This document shows, in pieces, positions 8,526-15,420 of a stretch of 43,151 nucleotides of DNA (position 1 is the stretch's first letter; the number at the start of each line of letters is the position of its first letter). The notes beneath the pieces were generated by a model that ran no database searches, was not told the DNA's origin, and worked only from the letters and a program-made list of their open reading frames with translations. The position numbers and the translations under genes are program-made. The stretch comes from Deltaproteobacteria bacterium (GTDB lineage: Bacteria; JAUYMQ01), in contig JAUYMQ010000519.1 of assembly GCA_030698575.1 (NCBI GenBank), positions 1 through 43,151 of the forward strand, written 5' to 3'.

Positions 8526-9038
8526 CTAGTCAAATGGATTCACAGCCGGCGAGGATGCGACGGATTCACTATCCGTTGTCACGCTTGGCGCTATCATCGT
8601 GTATTCAGCGTCTTGCACTGGCAGTGCGGGCGCTAGGTCGCAGCCCGGTAGCACCGTACGCTTGCGCGCCTCGATCAGCGTGCCACCCAAATCAACACGT
8701 TCGGTGAGGGTCATGTCGATAGCCTGGCCATAGTCCTTGCGGTTACGCCGCTCTGCAGCCCATTGCCGGGCCGTGATCATGTTACGAGCTCGATGCGGCT
8801 CGATAGTCTCATCGTCCGCTATGGCGATCGACTCATCGATCAGAGTGTGCGCACCCTCGGCGCGCGCTGAAATGTAAGCGCTTTCAAATAGAGGATGTAA
8901 GCGCTTCCATTTGTAGATAGTCTGCCGGGTAATGGATAGCTCATTAGCTATCATTATCAAAGTCTTACCCTCGCGCAACCCGGCGCAAACATACTCGCCA
9001 AGATCATCAGTAAACGGTGCCAGAACGCCTGCAGTCAT
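8526..9038 (-). CDS. terS: Terminase small subunit (HTH-containing)
   Basis: Track ORF 8526..9101. Contains an HTH-like segment, LIMIANELSITRQTIYKWKR. Position upstream of terL. The ATG at 9038 is preferred because the GTG at 9101 lies inside the iteron array. The start remains uncertain. Confidence 0.6.
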   Translation of the reverse strand: MTAGVLAPFTDDLGEYVCAGLREGKTLIMIANELSITRQTIYKWKRLHPLFESAYISARAEGAHTLIDESIAIADDETIEPHRARNMITARQWAAERRNRKDYGQAIDMTLTERVDLGGTLIEARKRTVLPGCDLAPALPVQDAEYTMIAPSVTTDSESVASSPAVNPFD

Positions 9039-9089
9039 TTGGTAAATACTATCGACGCCGTGAAGCCGATAGTATACGCCTATCAGCGG

Positions 9090-9154
9090 GTTAGTAAACA
9101 CTCACGTTAGCGATCACTCACGTTAGCGATCACTCACGTTAGTAAGCACTCACA
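9090..9154. repeat. Tandem 16-bp iterons: CACTCACGTTAGCGAT x2, CACTCACGTTAGTAAG x1, plus partial copies at both ends
   Basis: Copies at 9099-9114, 9115-9130 and 9131-9146, a partial copy at 9147-9154, and a preceding GTTAGTAAA at 9090-9098. They sit in the divergent region between late (terS) and early genes. Confidence 0.9.
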
Positions 9155-9191
9155 CAGACCGTTTGCGGCACATTGTGACAATTTCGGGCAC

Positions 9192-9207
9192 GTTAGCGTC
9201 CGCTAAC
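9192..9207. promoter_or_regulatory. Inverted repeat GTTAGCG-tc-CGCTAAC using the same core as the 16-bp iterons
   Basis: Read directly from the sequence. The GTTAGCG core is shared with the iterons 45-100 bp away. Confidence 0.6.
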
Positions 9208-9261
9208 CGGCTCAACTACCCGCGTTGACCCTGTTTCGGCTTGGCACGCTTCATGCATGCA

Positions 9262-9290
9262 TTGCGTTTACCGCAACATTGCGGGACAAT
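9262..9290 (+). promoter_or_regulatory. Candidate sigma70-like early promoter (TTGCGT-17 nt-GACAAT)
   Basis: -35 at 9262-9267 and -10 at 9285-9290, about 25 nt upstream of the AAGGAG SD and the ATG at 9316. Moderate match only. Confidence 0.3.
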
Positions 9291-9315
9291 CGCACCACCA
9301 ACCAAGGAGCAAACC

Positions 9316-9498
9316 ATGCTACGAGGCACATACAGAATTGACGGATCTTGGGTAGGGTACGACTACGATCGGCAAGCCTGGATTGATACGTCCCCGACCG
9401 CATCGCGAAACCCGCAATTCGCCGCGGGGACCGCAAGCAACCCGCTACCGGAGAAACCCGCCGTCGACGAGTCCACCCGAGTTACCGACATCAATTGA
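9316..9498 (+). CDS. Hypothetical early protein (60 aa)
   Basis: Track ORF 9241..9498, taking the ATG at 9316, which has AAGGAG 6 nt upstream. Confidence 0.55.
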   Translation: MLRGTYRIDGSWVGYDYDRQAWIDTSPTASRNPQFAAGTASNPLPEKPAVDESTRVTDIN

Positions 9499-9515
9499 CA
9501 ACAGGAGCCCACACC

Positions 9516-9995
9516 ATGAAACGGATCACCCTCACTCACTTACGCGGCGCGTGCCGCGATCAACGGCGACTGTTCCAGCAGTTGTTCCCCGACGGCGCGC
9601 CGGTCACTGTCCGCGCCGCGCGGAAGGCCGTAAAGGCGCGGTTGGATATTCAGTGGCTAACGCGCTTGCTACCCGCCGACGCGCTGGCAGTCTACCGCGA
9701 GGCCACCGCCACCGCGTGGGCAGCCTACGACGAAGCCACCACCCCCGCGTGGGCAGTCTACCGCGAGGCTACCGCCCCCGTGCGGGCAGTCTACTGCGAA
9801 GCCACCGCCCCCGCGCGGGCAGCCTTCGACGAAGCCATCGCCCCCACGTGGGCGGCCTACGACGAAGCCGTCGCCACCGCGCGGGCAGCCTTAGACGAAG
9901 CCATCGCCCCCGCGTGGGCAGTCTACCGCGAGGCTACCGCCACCGCGCTAGTTAAGGCGCTCCGCGCAGTCCCTGAAAAGGATTCGGCACCATGA
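9516..9995 (+). CDS. Protein with 8-9 tandem 11-residue repeats (AxxWAxYxEAx)
   Basis: Track ORF 9495..9995, taking the ATG at 9516 (AGGAG 8 nt upstream). The N-terminal domain (MKRITLTHLRGACRDQRRLFQQLFPDG) is followed by ADALAVYREAT, ATAWAAYDEAT, TPAWAVYREAT, APVRAVYCEAT, and so on. Confidence 0.7.
   Translation: MKRITLTHLRGACRDQRRLFQQLFPDGAPVTVRAARKAVKARLDIQWLTRLLPADALAVYREATATAWAAYDEATTPAWAVYREATAPVRAVYCEATAPARAAFDEAIAPTWAAYDEAVATARAALDEAIAPAWAVYREATATALVKALRAVPEKDSAP
9675..9971 (+). repeat. Tandem 33-bp coding repeats (about 9 units)
   Basis: These correspond to the 11-aa protein repeats in CDS 9516..9995. The units are diverged but stay in register. Confidence 0.8.
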
Positions 9996-10426
9996 CAAAA
10001 CTTAAGATAGCCCCTTACACGAACTTGCACGGCGCGGACTTGTACGGCGCGGACTTGCACGGCGCGGACTTGCACGGCGCGAACTTGCGCGGCGCAAAAA
10101 ACATACCTGCATATATCATTGCCAATACAACGATATGCGCGGAGGGCGCCCTTACGGTCTACAAAAATACACTGGACGGAATTGTTACGTTGCACATTCC
10201 GGCCGCCGCTGCGCGGTCAAACGCGACCGGTCGTAAATGCCGCGCTGAGTTCGCACTGGTGTTGGAAACACCCCAGCATAAGCCCGCACAATCGAAACAT
10301 AACCCCGCCTTCCTGTACCGTGAGGGGGAAACTGTGCGCCCGGACACGTGGTGCGCTGATCGTTGGCAAGAATGCGCGGGGGGCATCCACTTCTATTTGA
10401 CGCGTTACGAAGCGGAAAACAATTAA
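9992..10426 (+). CDS. Pentapeptide-repeat protein with a C-terminal CxxGIHF-type domain
   Basis: ORF track. The N-terminus reads NLHGADLYGADLHGADLHGANLRGA (A(D/N)Lxx pentapeptides). The C-terminus contains WQECAGGIHFYLT, which I recall from DUF5758-like domains paired with pentapeptide repeats. Confidence 0.7.
   Translation: MTKLKIAPYTNLHGADLYGADLHGADLHGANLRGAKNIPAYIIANTTICAEGALTVYKNTLDGIVTLHIPAAAARSNATGRKCRAEFALVLETPQHKPAQSKHNPAFLYREGETVRPDTWCADRWQECAGGIHFYLTRYEAENN
10021..10095 (+). repeat. Five tandem 15-bp repeats (GRACTTGYRCGGCGC) encoding the pentapeptide repeats
   Basis: Units at 10021, 10036, 10051, 10066 and 10081, read directly. Confidence 0.9.
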
Positions 10427-10446
10427 AGATCGCAGAGGGCAACACT

Positions 10447-10623
10447 ATGAGTTCCTACCTTGACCACAGTCGAGCCTCAGACATGCTCACGTTGCACGCC
10501 GATCTCGAGCAACTAGTATCAGACGTACTCGCCGGCCGGCTTGCTGATGATTGGCAAGCCTGGCGCGAGCGGGCCGAACAATGCCTGAACGCGCTGGACG
10601 CATCGCGCGGCACGTTGGGGTGA
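10447..10623 (+). CDS. Hypothetical protein (58 aa)
   Basis: Track ORF 10363..10623, taking the ATG at 10447, with a GAGGG SD upstream. It starts after the stop of the previous gene. Confidence 0.5.
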   Translation: MSSYLDHSRASDMLTLHADLEQLVSDVLAGRLADDWQAWRERAEQCLNALDASRGTLG

Positions 10624-10629
10624 GCAACC

Positions 10630-10731
10630 ATGCGCCACAAAACCCGAACCGCACTGCGCGAAGTCTCCTTAATCCTGGCGGCGTTCATTGCCGCTTGGAT
10701 CCTTTGGCTAGTTAACAACCTTTGGAGGTAG
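10630..10731 (+). CDS. Possible 33-aa single-pass membrane peptide
   Basis: Hand translation gives MRHKTRTALREVSLILAAFIAAWILWLVNNLWR. It fills the gap between flanking genes exactly. Too short for the ORF track. Confidence 0.35.
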   Translation: MRHKTRTALREVSLILAAFIAAWILWLVNNLWR

Positions 10732-10735
10732 CACC

Positions 10736-11032
10736 ATGAAATCGAAACTTAGAAAATTTACGCTTTGGACATACGACGTTTGGGGAAATGCCCGGGATGG
10801 TTTCGATGTTAACGACCGATACAAACACGGCGATATAGCCATACGATGCAAGCGCGAGGTCTTCAACGCTGGCACGCCCTGTGAGTTTGAAACCTTTAAC
10901 CCGACTGACCTGCAGTTATCCCGCGCGGCCGGCTTCAGCCGCGTATCGTGGGAAACCCACGGCGACGGGTATTACACTGCGACAACGGCGAACGGCCGTC
11001 CCGTCGGTGAACTGGTGGAAAACACAGACTGA
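10736..11032 (+). CDS. Hypothetical protein (98 aa)
   Basis: ORF track. GGAGG SD 6 nt upstream. Confidence 0.6.
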   Translation: MKSKLRKFTLWTYDVWGNARDGFDVNDRYKHGDIAIRCKREVFNAGTPCEFETFNPTDLQLSRAAGFSRVSWETHGDGYYTATTANGRPVGELVENTD

Positions 11033-11043
11033 CGAAAGTGAAT

Positions 11044-11068
11044 CGGCGCCCATCGCGGCGCCGGTTTT
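11044..11068 (+). terminator. Rho-independent terminator candidate
   Basis: Stem CGGCGCC(11044-11050)/GGCGCCG(11057-11063), a 6-nt loop, then G TTTT(11065-11068). It lies 12 nt after the stop of CDS 10736..11032. Confidence 0.55.
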
Positions 11069-11088
11069 CCGCCGCAACCGCCCGCCCA

Positions 11089-11132
11089 TCATGCTTATAG
11101 GTCGGCCCGTTCATGCTTATAGGTCGGCCCGT
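11089..11132. repeat. Perfect 22-bp tandem duplication TCATGCTTATAGGTCGGCCCGT x2
   Basis: Copy 1 at 11089-11110 and copy 2 at 11111-11132, identical by direct reading. Confidence 0.95.
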
Positions 11133-11415
11133 CTGTTCCAATCATTGATTAGAACATTCATTTTCTTTGGAACATTTTATCTCTTTGTTTTATATATATT
11201 GTTCTTATTGTTCTAATTGTTCTAATTAAAATATAACATACTGTACATATAAATATATAACGCCGGTCGCACTGGTCATTAATTAATTTATGCAAATGCG
11301 CGCCCGTTTTTCCCGCCGTAACCGGCAAAAATCAACTAGAACAATTGGAACAAAACAGCATCAAGGACTTACAATCGGAACTTAAAGTGCCGCAATTGGA
11401 ACAATTGGAACAAAA
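11133..11415. promoter_or_regulatory. AT-rich iteron region (candidate replication origin or regulatory hub)
   Basis: GC drops sharply here (about 30% by eye). ATTGTTCTT/ATTGTTCTA/ATTGTTCTA occur in tandem at 11198-11224. Inverted copies TAGAACAAT (11337-11345) and CAATTGGAACAA x3 (11342, 11393, 11402) are present. TGTTCCAAT is at 11134-11142. A very AT-rich core lies at 11225-11262. Confidence 0.5.
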
Positions 11416-11501
11416 GTCGTCAAAAGGCCGTTTTAAGCCACAATATAGGCGACGCCGACGCTACTGCGTGGGGGATGTTTGCTGCAGGTTTAGCACAACG
11501 C

Positions 11502-11530
11502 TTGACACGTTGCGATTTCTACAATACGAT
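11502..11530 (+). promoter_or_regulatory. Candidate sigma70 promoter TTGACA-17 nt-TACGAT
   Basis: -35 at 11502-11507 and -10 at 11525-11530. The in-frame GTG at 11537 sits about 7 nt downstream, which could mean a leaderless start. Confidence 0.35.
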
Positions 11531-11536
11531 GCGCCC

Positions 11537-11812
11537 GTGGCACCTACGAATCCTTTCGATGACCCCCCGCCAAGCCAGGCCGAACGTATCATCGCCAAGT
11601 TCGGCGGCGTGCGCAACCTGATGCGGGCATTGCAGCGTCTCGATCCGGGCAAGCACCGTGATCCAGTGAGCATTTATCGCTGGACCTACAGCCGGGAGCG
11701 AGGCGGGACTGGCGGGCTGATCCCTACCGCGGCGATTCCGGACGTGATGGAAGCGGCGCGGCTCGAGGGCATTTTTCTGTCATCCGACGATTTTGACCCC
11801 CGGAGAAAATGA
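11537..11812 (+). CDS. Putative small DNA-binding regulator (Cro/YdaS-like HTH by eye)
   Basis: This is the C-terminal part of track ORF 11345..11812 (AERIIAKFGGVRNLMRAL...VSIYRWTY...GGLIPTAAIPDVMEAARLEGIF). The N-terminal extension would translate the iteron region, so it was rejected. The start is uncertain (GTG 11537 or TTG 11510). Confidence 0.5.
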   Translation: MAPTNPFDDPPPSQAERIIAKFGGVRNLMRALQRLDPGKHRDPVSIYRWTYSRERGGTGGLIPTAAIPDVMEAARLEGIFLSSDDFDPRRK

Positions 11813-12315
11813 TGGCGGTTCTCGGTATCGATCCTGGTTTGGACGGCGCCCTGGTTCTCTACGGCGGGGACGACGACATTTTGTTGTTCGACATGCCAAC
11901 AGTTGAAACCGTTGTGCACAAGAAAAAGAAACGCCAGATCGACGCCTATCAGGTGGCCAATATGATTGAGCGGCATCGAGATCGCATCACGCACGCCATT
12001 GTCGAGCAAGTCGGATCCATGCCCGAGCAAGGTATCACCAGCGCATTCAACTTTGGGTATGGCGCCGGCGTGCTTTACGGCGTGTTGGCGGCCAACGTGG
12101 TGCCCGTGCAGTTCGTCGCCCCGGCAGTGTGGAAGCGGCAGTTCGGGCTGATCGGCAAGGGCAAGGATGCAAGCCGGATCGCCGCCTCGAGGATCGCGCC
12201 GCACTTTTCCGGCTACTGGCCGCTGAAGAAGCACGATGGGCGGGCGGAAGCCTTTTTGCTGGCCGCCTGGGGCATGCTCCGGGGCGTGCCGGCTAACTTT
12301 GGAGGAACTGACTGA
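11809..12315 (+). CDS. RuvC-like Holliday junction resolvase
   Basis: ORF track. Has VLGIDPGLDGA at the N-terminus and the size is typical. An ATGA overlap joins it to the upstream gene. Confidence 0.75.
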   Translation: MMAVLGIDPGLDGALVLYGGDDDILLFDMPTVETVVHKKKKRQIDAYQVANMIERHRDRITHAIVEQVGSMPEQGITSAFNFGYGAGVLYGVLAANVVPVQFVAPAVWKRQFGLIGKGKDASRIAASRIAPHFSGYWPLKKHDGRAEAFLLAAWGMLRGVPANFGGTD

Positions 12316-12494
12316 TGACCGATCTGGATTTCACGCATTTCCCCGCGTCAGCCGGCGCGTACAACATGGGCGGCGTGGGTATTTTCCTCGCCACGAAGCC
12401 AAGCGCATTTCACCGCGCCGCCGTCAAGTTCTTTTTCGGCTGGGTGTGGGTGGACAACACCATCAACGTTGCCGCCGCCCCTGACGCGCAATGA
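12315..12494 (+). CDS. Hypothetical protein (59 aa)
   Basis: Hand translation gives MTDLDFTHFPASAGAYNMGGVGIFLATKPSAFHRAAVKFFFGWVWVDNTINVAAAPDAQ. GGAGGA lies 8 nt upstream. ATGA overlaps occur at both ends. It is below the ORF-track size cutoff. Confidence 0.5.
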   Translation: MTDLDFTHFPASAGAYNMGGVGIFLATKPSAFHRAAVKFFFGWVWVDNTINVAAAPDAQ

Positions 12495-12838
12495 GCGCCC
12501 TCATCCAGTGGATATCCCCCGCCGCGTTGTGGGGTCTCGCTGCCGCGTTACCTGCAGTGTTCGCCGAGTACATGTACCGCACGGTCAAGGGTCCGTGGTG
12601 GGAGTGGCTGTGGCTGTGGATTCCGCTGCAACTTGCCATTGGCTACTGCATCTACCGCCTCGTCACGATCCCGAATACGACGCTACTCGACGCTTTCGTG
12701 ATCTGGGCGTTCTCGACGACGTTCATGCGGGTCATCATTTCGGTGACGATTCTGCATGACGACATCAAACCCGGCACGTGGTTCGCATTGGGGCTGCTGC
12801 TGATGGCGCGTATCGCGCAAACTTTTTGGGGACGATGA
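12491..12838 (+). CDS. Hypothetical multi-pass membrane protein (115 aa)
   Basis: ORF track. Has 3-4 hydrophobic segments rich in Trp and Leu. Confidence 0.6.
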   Translation: MSALIQWISPAALWGLAAALPAVFAEYMYRTVKGPWWEWLWLWIPLQLAIGYCIYRLVTIPNTTLLDAFVIWAFSTTFMRVIISVTILHDDIKPGTWFALGLLLMARIAQTFWGR

Positions 12839-13140
12839 TGCCACTCCCATCCGATTCGAAAGCACGCAAGAACCTGCCACTCGCTCGGGGGTTGCTCGAC
12901 TACTTCCCCGACGCGCTGGTCGCTGTAGCGGAACTCTCCCAGCGGGGCAACGACAAGCACAATCCGGGCGAAGCCCTCCACTGGTCCCGCGAGAAGTCCA
13001 ACGACCACGCGGACTGCATCGTGCGGCACCTGATGGAGCGTGGTGTCGTGGACCCCGAGGATGGGATTCTGCACGATGTCAAGGTGGCCTGGCGGGCGCT
13101 GGCGATGGCGCAACTGGCGATCGAGGCACGGCGCGATTGA
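12835..13140 (+). CDS. DUF5664-like protein (dATP/dGTP diphosphohydrolase N-terminal domain family, by eye)
   Basis: Track ORF 12778..13140, taking the ATG at 12835 (ATGA overlap). The pattern KNLPLARGLLDYFPDALVAVAELSQRGNDKHNPGEALHW...RHL matches my recollection of that family. Confidence 0.55.
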   Translation: MMPLPSDSKARKNLPLARGLLDYFPDALVAVAELSQRGNDKHNPGEALHWSREKSNDHADCIVRHLMERGVVDPEDGILHDVKVAWRALAMAQLAIEARRD

Positions 13141-14533
13141 AACGCTCTTCCCCTTCCAGCAAACCGGCGCCGACTGGCTTTCCGGCAAACGGGTTGCGCT
13201 CTTGGCTGACGAGATGGGCCTTGGCAAGAGCGCGCAGGCGATCACCGCGGCCGACCAGATCAACGCACAGAGGATTCTAGTCATATGCCCGGCGAGCGTG
13301 AGGATCAACTGGCTCCGCGAGTTCGAGAAGTTCTCAACGCGCGGATTGATATGTGGGCTCGTCTTACAGAGTTCGGACTTGGAAATTTGCTTACGGAAAA
13401 CGGTTGCCGGCGGTATCGTAGCCTGCTCTTACGACTTAGCGACGCAAATCGACGTCAATTTGAAACTGAGTGCGTGGTTAACCGCCGGTACGACATCTAT
13501 ACTCATACTCGATGAAGCGCATTTCCTCAAAAGCACGACAGCCAAGCGCAGCCACGCGATTCTGGCCAAAGGTGGACTCGTTCATCAGGCCGCTCGGGTC
13601 TGGGCTTTATCTGGCACGCCTGCCCCGAATAACCTCGCCGAACTCTGGCCGATGCTCCGGGTATTCGGGATTTGGAACAAAAGCTACGACGCATTTGTTT
13701 CAAAATTCTGCCAAACCCGCCACACCCCGTACGGGCAAGCGATCAGTGGCCACCAAAACATCCCGGAGTTTCGCGCGCTCATCAAGCCGATCATCCTCCG
13801 GCGCAAGAAGGCGGACGTGATGCGTGATCTGCCAAAGATCATGTTTGCCGACGTAACGGTGCCCGCCGGCCCGGTTGATGTAGAGTTGCTATTCCCCGAG
13901 TACTACATCTTCAAGCGGGACGCCGAGTTCCGCGCCGACCTGGAAAAGCAGCGCCGGCTGTTGACCGCCGCCGTGGATCTGGGCGGAGGTGGCATGGGCG
14001 GCTTGAAGATGCTCGAATCGCTGACGATGACTCAGGTCGATCAACACAAGATATCGACGCTGCGGCGCTACACCGGGGCGCAGAAGGTGCAATCCGTTGT
14101 CGACTTGGTCAAGGACGAGCTGGAAAGCGGTCTCGAGAAGATCGTGCTTTTCGCGGTCCACAGGGACGTGATCGAGGGGCTGCGCGAGGGGTTGAAGGAT
14201 TATGGTCCCGTGGTGGTTTACGGCGGCACCAACCCAACCCGGCGGCAGCGCAACATCGACAAGTTCCAGCGCGATCCGAAAACCCGGGTGTTCATTGGGA
14301 ACATCCAAGCGGCCGGCACCGGGATCAATCTCACGGCGGCGCACCACTGCTTGTTCGTTGAGCAGGATTGGGTGCCGAGCAACAACGCTCAGGCCGCAAT
14401 GCGGTTGCACCGGATCGGGCAGACGAAGCCCGTGACCGTGCGGATTGTGCTACTCGAGGATGACGAGCTCGACCGGCGCATTCAGATGACGCTACGGCGC
14501 AAGACAAAAGACTTGGTGGCCGCTTTTGACTGA
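13076..14533 (+). CDS. SNF2-family helicase/ATPase
   Basis: Track ORF 13040..14533. Motifs seen: LADEMGLGKSAQAI (I), ILDEAHFLKS (II), SGTPAPNNLAELW (III) and QAAMRLHRIGQ (VI). The start is uncertain (ATG 13076 overlaps the upstream gene by 65 nt). Confidence 0.85.
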   Translation: MSRWPGGRWRWRNWRSRHGAIETLFPFQQTGADWLSGKRVALLADEMGLGKSAQAITAADQINAQRILVICPASVRINWLREFEKFSTRGLICGLVLQSSDLEICLRKTVAGGIVACSYDLATQIDVNLKLSAWLTAGTTSILILDEAHFLKSTTAKRSHAILAKGGLVHQAARVWALSGTPAPNNLAELWPMLRVFGIWNKSYDAFVSKFCQTRHTPYGQAISGHQNIPEFRALIKPIILRRKKADVMRDLPKIMFADVTVPAGPVDVELLFPEYYIFKRDAEFRADLEKQRRLLTAAVDLGGGGMGGLKMLESLTMTQVDQHKISTLRRYTGAQKVQSVVDLVKDELESGLEKIVLFAVHRDVIEGLREGLKDYGPVVVYGGTNPTRRQRNIDKFQRDPKTRVFIGNIQAAGTGINLTAAHHCLFVEQDWVPSNNAQAAMRLHRIGQTKPVTVRIVLLEDDELDRRIQMTLRRKTKDLVAAFD

Positions 14534-14548
14534 CATGGAGACCGAGCG

Positions 14549-15121
14549 ATGAGCGATACGCCGAGAACGCCTAGTGGCTATGAAACGGCTGCACGGCTAG
14601 GCAACGAGATCGACCTGCTCCGGTGCGAACTCAGCGAGTTGCGGGAGGATGCCGCCGTCGGCCGGAAGTGGCGCACTAACTCAAGCCTCGAAGAGTGGTT
14701 TCCGCTTAGCGCCGAAGAAATAGTGAGGCTCCGGCGCGAACTCGCCGACGCTAAGGAGCGCATCACGGAATTGATTAATGAGGTCCTACGTCGAGCAGAT
14801 AGTTACCATCACTGGCGACACCACTTTGAGCGCGCGGAGAAAGCAGTGGCCGCCCTGGCCGAGCGCGATGAACAGTTGCGGGCGTCGAGGGAGGGAGCGT
14901 ATGGCCTGCTGAAGATTGCCGAGCATCAACGCGAGCGCGCCGAGAAAGCCGAGGCCGCGCTAGCCGCTGAGTGGGAGCGGGCGCGAGAGGAGTGTGCGAG
15001 GGTATGTGAAAGCCGCTGGCACGGAGGGGGCTATCGAAATGAACACGAGCGGTTTGGCGCCAATCAAGAGCTGAGCGCGTGCGCTTCAGCCATCCGCGTC
15101 CTCAAGCGCAAGGAGGCGTGA
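14549..15121 (+). CDS. Coiled-coil protein, Ea22-like by eye
   Basis: ORF track. It is long, helical and rich in Glu/Arg/Ala, with a Cys-containing C-terminal part (ECARVCE...ACASAIR). Confidence 0.55.
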   Translation: MSDTPRTPSGYETAARLGNEIDLLRCELSELREDAAVGRKWRTNSSLEEWFPLSAEEIVRLRRELADAKERITELINEVLRRADSYHHWRHHFERAEKAVAALAERDEQLRASREGAYGLLKIAEHQRERAEKAEAALAAEWERAREECARVCESRWHGGGYRNEHERFGANQELSACASAIRVLKRKEA

Positions 15122-15399
15122 TGAGAAAACGTGCCTACACAAAACCGTATCGCGGGGAACTGCCTAGCGCCATGACCCCGTACGAAGCGCGGGCCTTATG
15201 TTTTTGGGCCGCAATAGGGATTGCAAAATCCGATTCTGGAAGTTATCCCGATGCGGCGGGGGTGGGCACAGACGGCGATATGGGAATTGTAGACTCTTGG
15301 GCGAGAGCACTTAAACTTAAATTGCCGATTCAACCGCGATTCGGTGAAGCTAAAAGAAATGCCCGCTACACAGCCAAGCGCAAGGATATCGAGCGATGA
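15121..15399 (+). CDS. Hypothetical protein (92 aa)
   Basis: Track ORF 15079..15399, taking the ATG at 15121, which overlaps the upstream stop (TGATG). Confidence 0.5.
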   Translation: MRKRAYTKPYRGELPSAMTPYEARALCFWAAIGIAKSDSGSYPDAAGVGTDGDMGIVDSWARALKLKLPIQPRFGEAKRNARYTAKRKDIER

Positions 15400-15420
15400 G
15401 TGATGACCGGGAGTTGCTGA
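15382..15420 (+). repeat. 39-bp gene-junction repeat, copy 1 (AAGGATATCGAGCGATGAGTGATGACCGGGAGTTGCTGA)
   Basis: 36 of 39 positions are identical to 15873-15911. It spans a stop/start junction (..KDIER* / MSDDRELL..). Confidence 0.9.

Noticed and set aside
9099-9154. Tandem 16-bp repeats considered as a possible CRISPR array
   Set aside because: The units are directly abutting with no spacers, far shorter than CRISPR repeats, and there are no cas genes. They were classed as iterons.
9923-10195. 90-aa minus-strand ORF containing VRAVQVRAVQVRAVQ repeats
   Set aside because: It is an artefact of reading the 15-bp pentapeptide-coding repeats on the opposite strand.
11345-11536. N-terminal extension of the 155-aa ORF (MEQNSIKDLQSELKVPQLEQLEQK...)
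   Set aside because: It translates the CAATTGGAACAA iterons and a promoter-like element. Composition and GC differ sharply from the conserved C-terminal HTH part.
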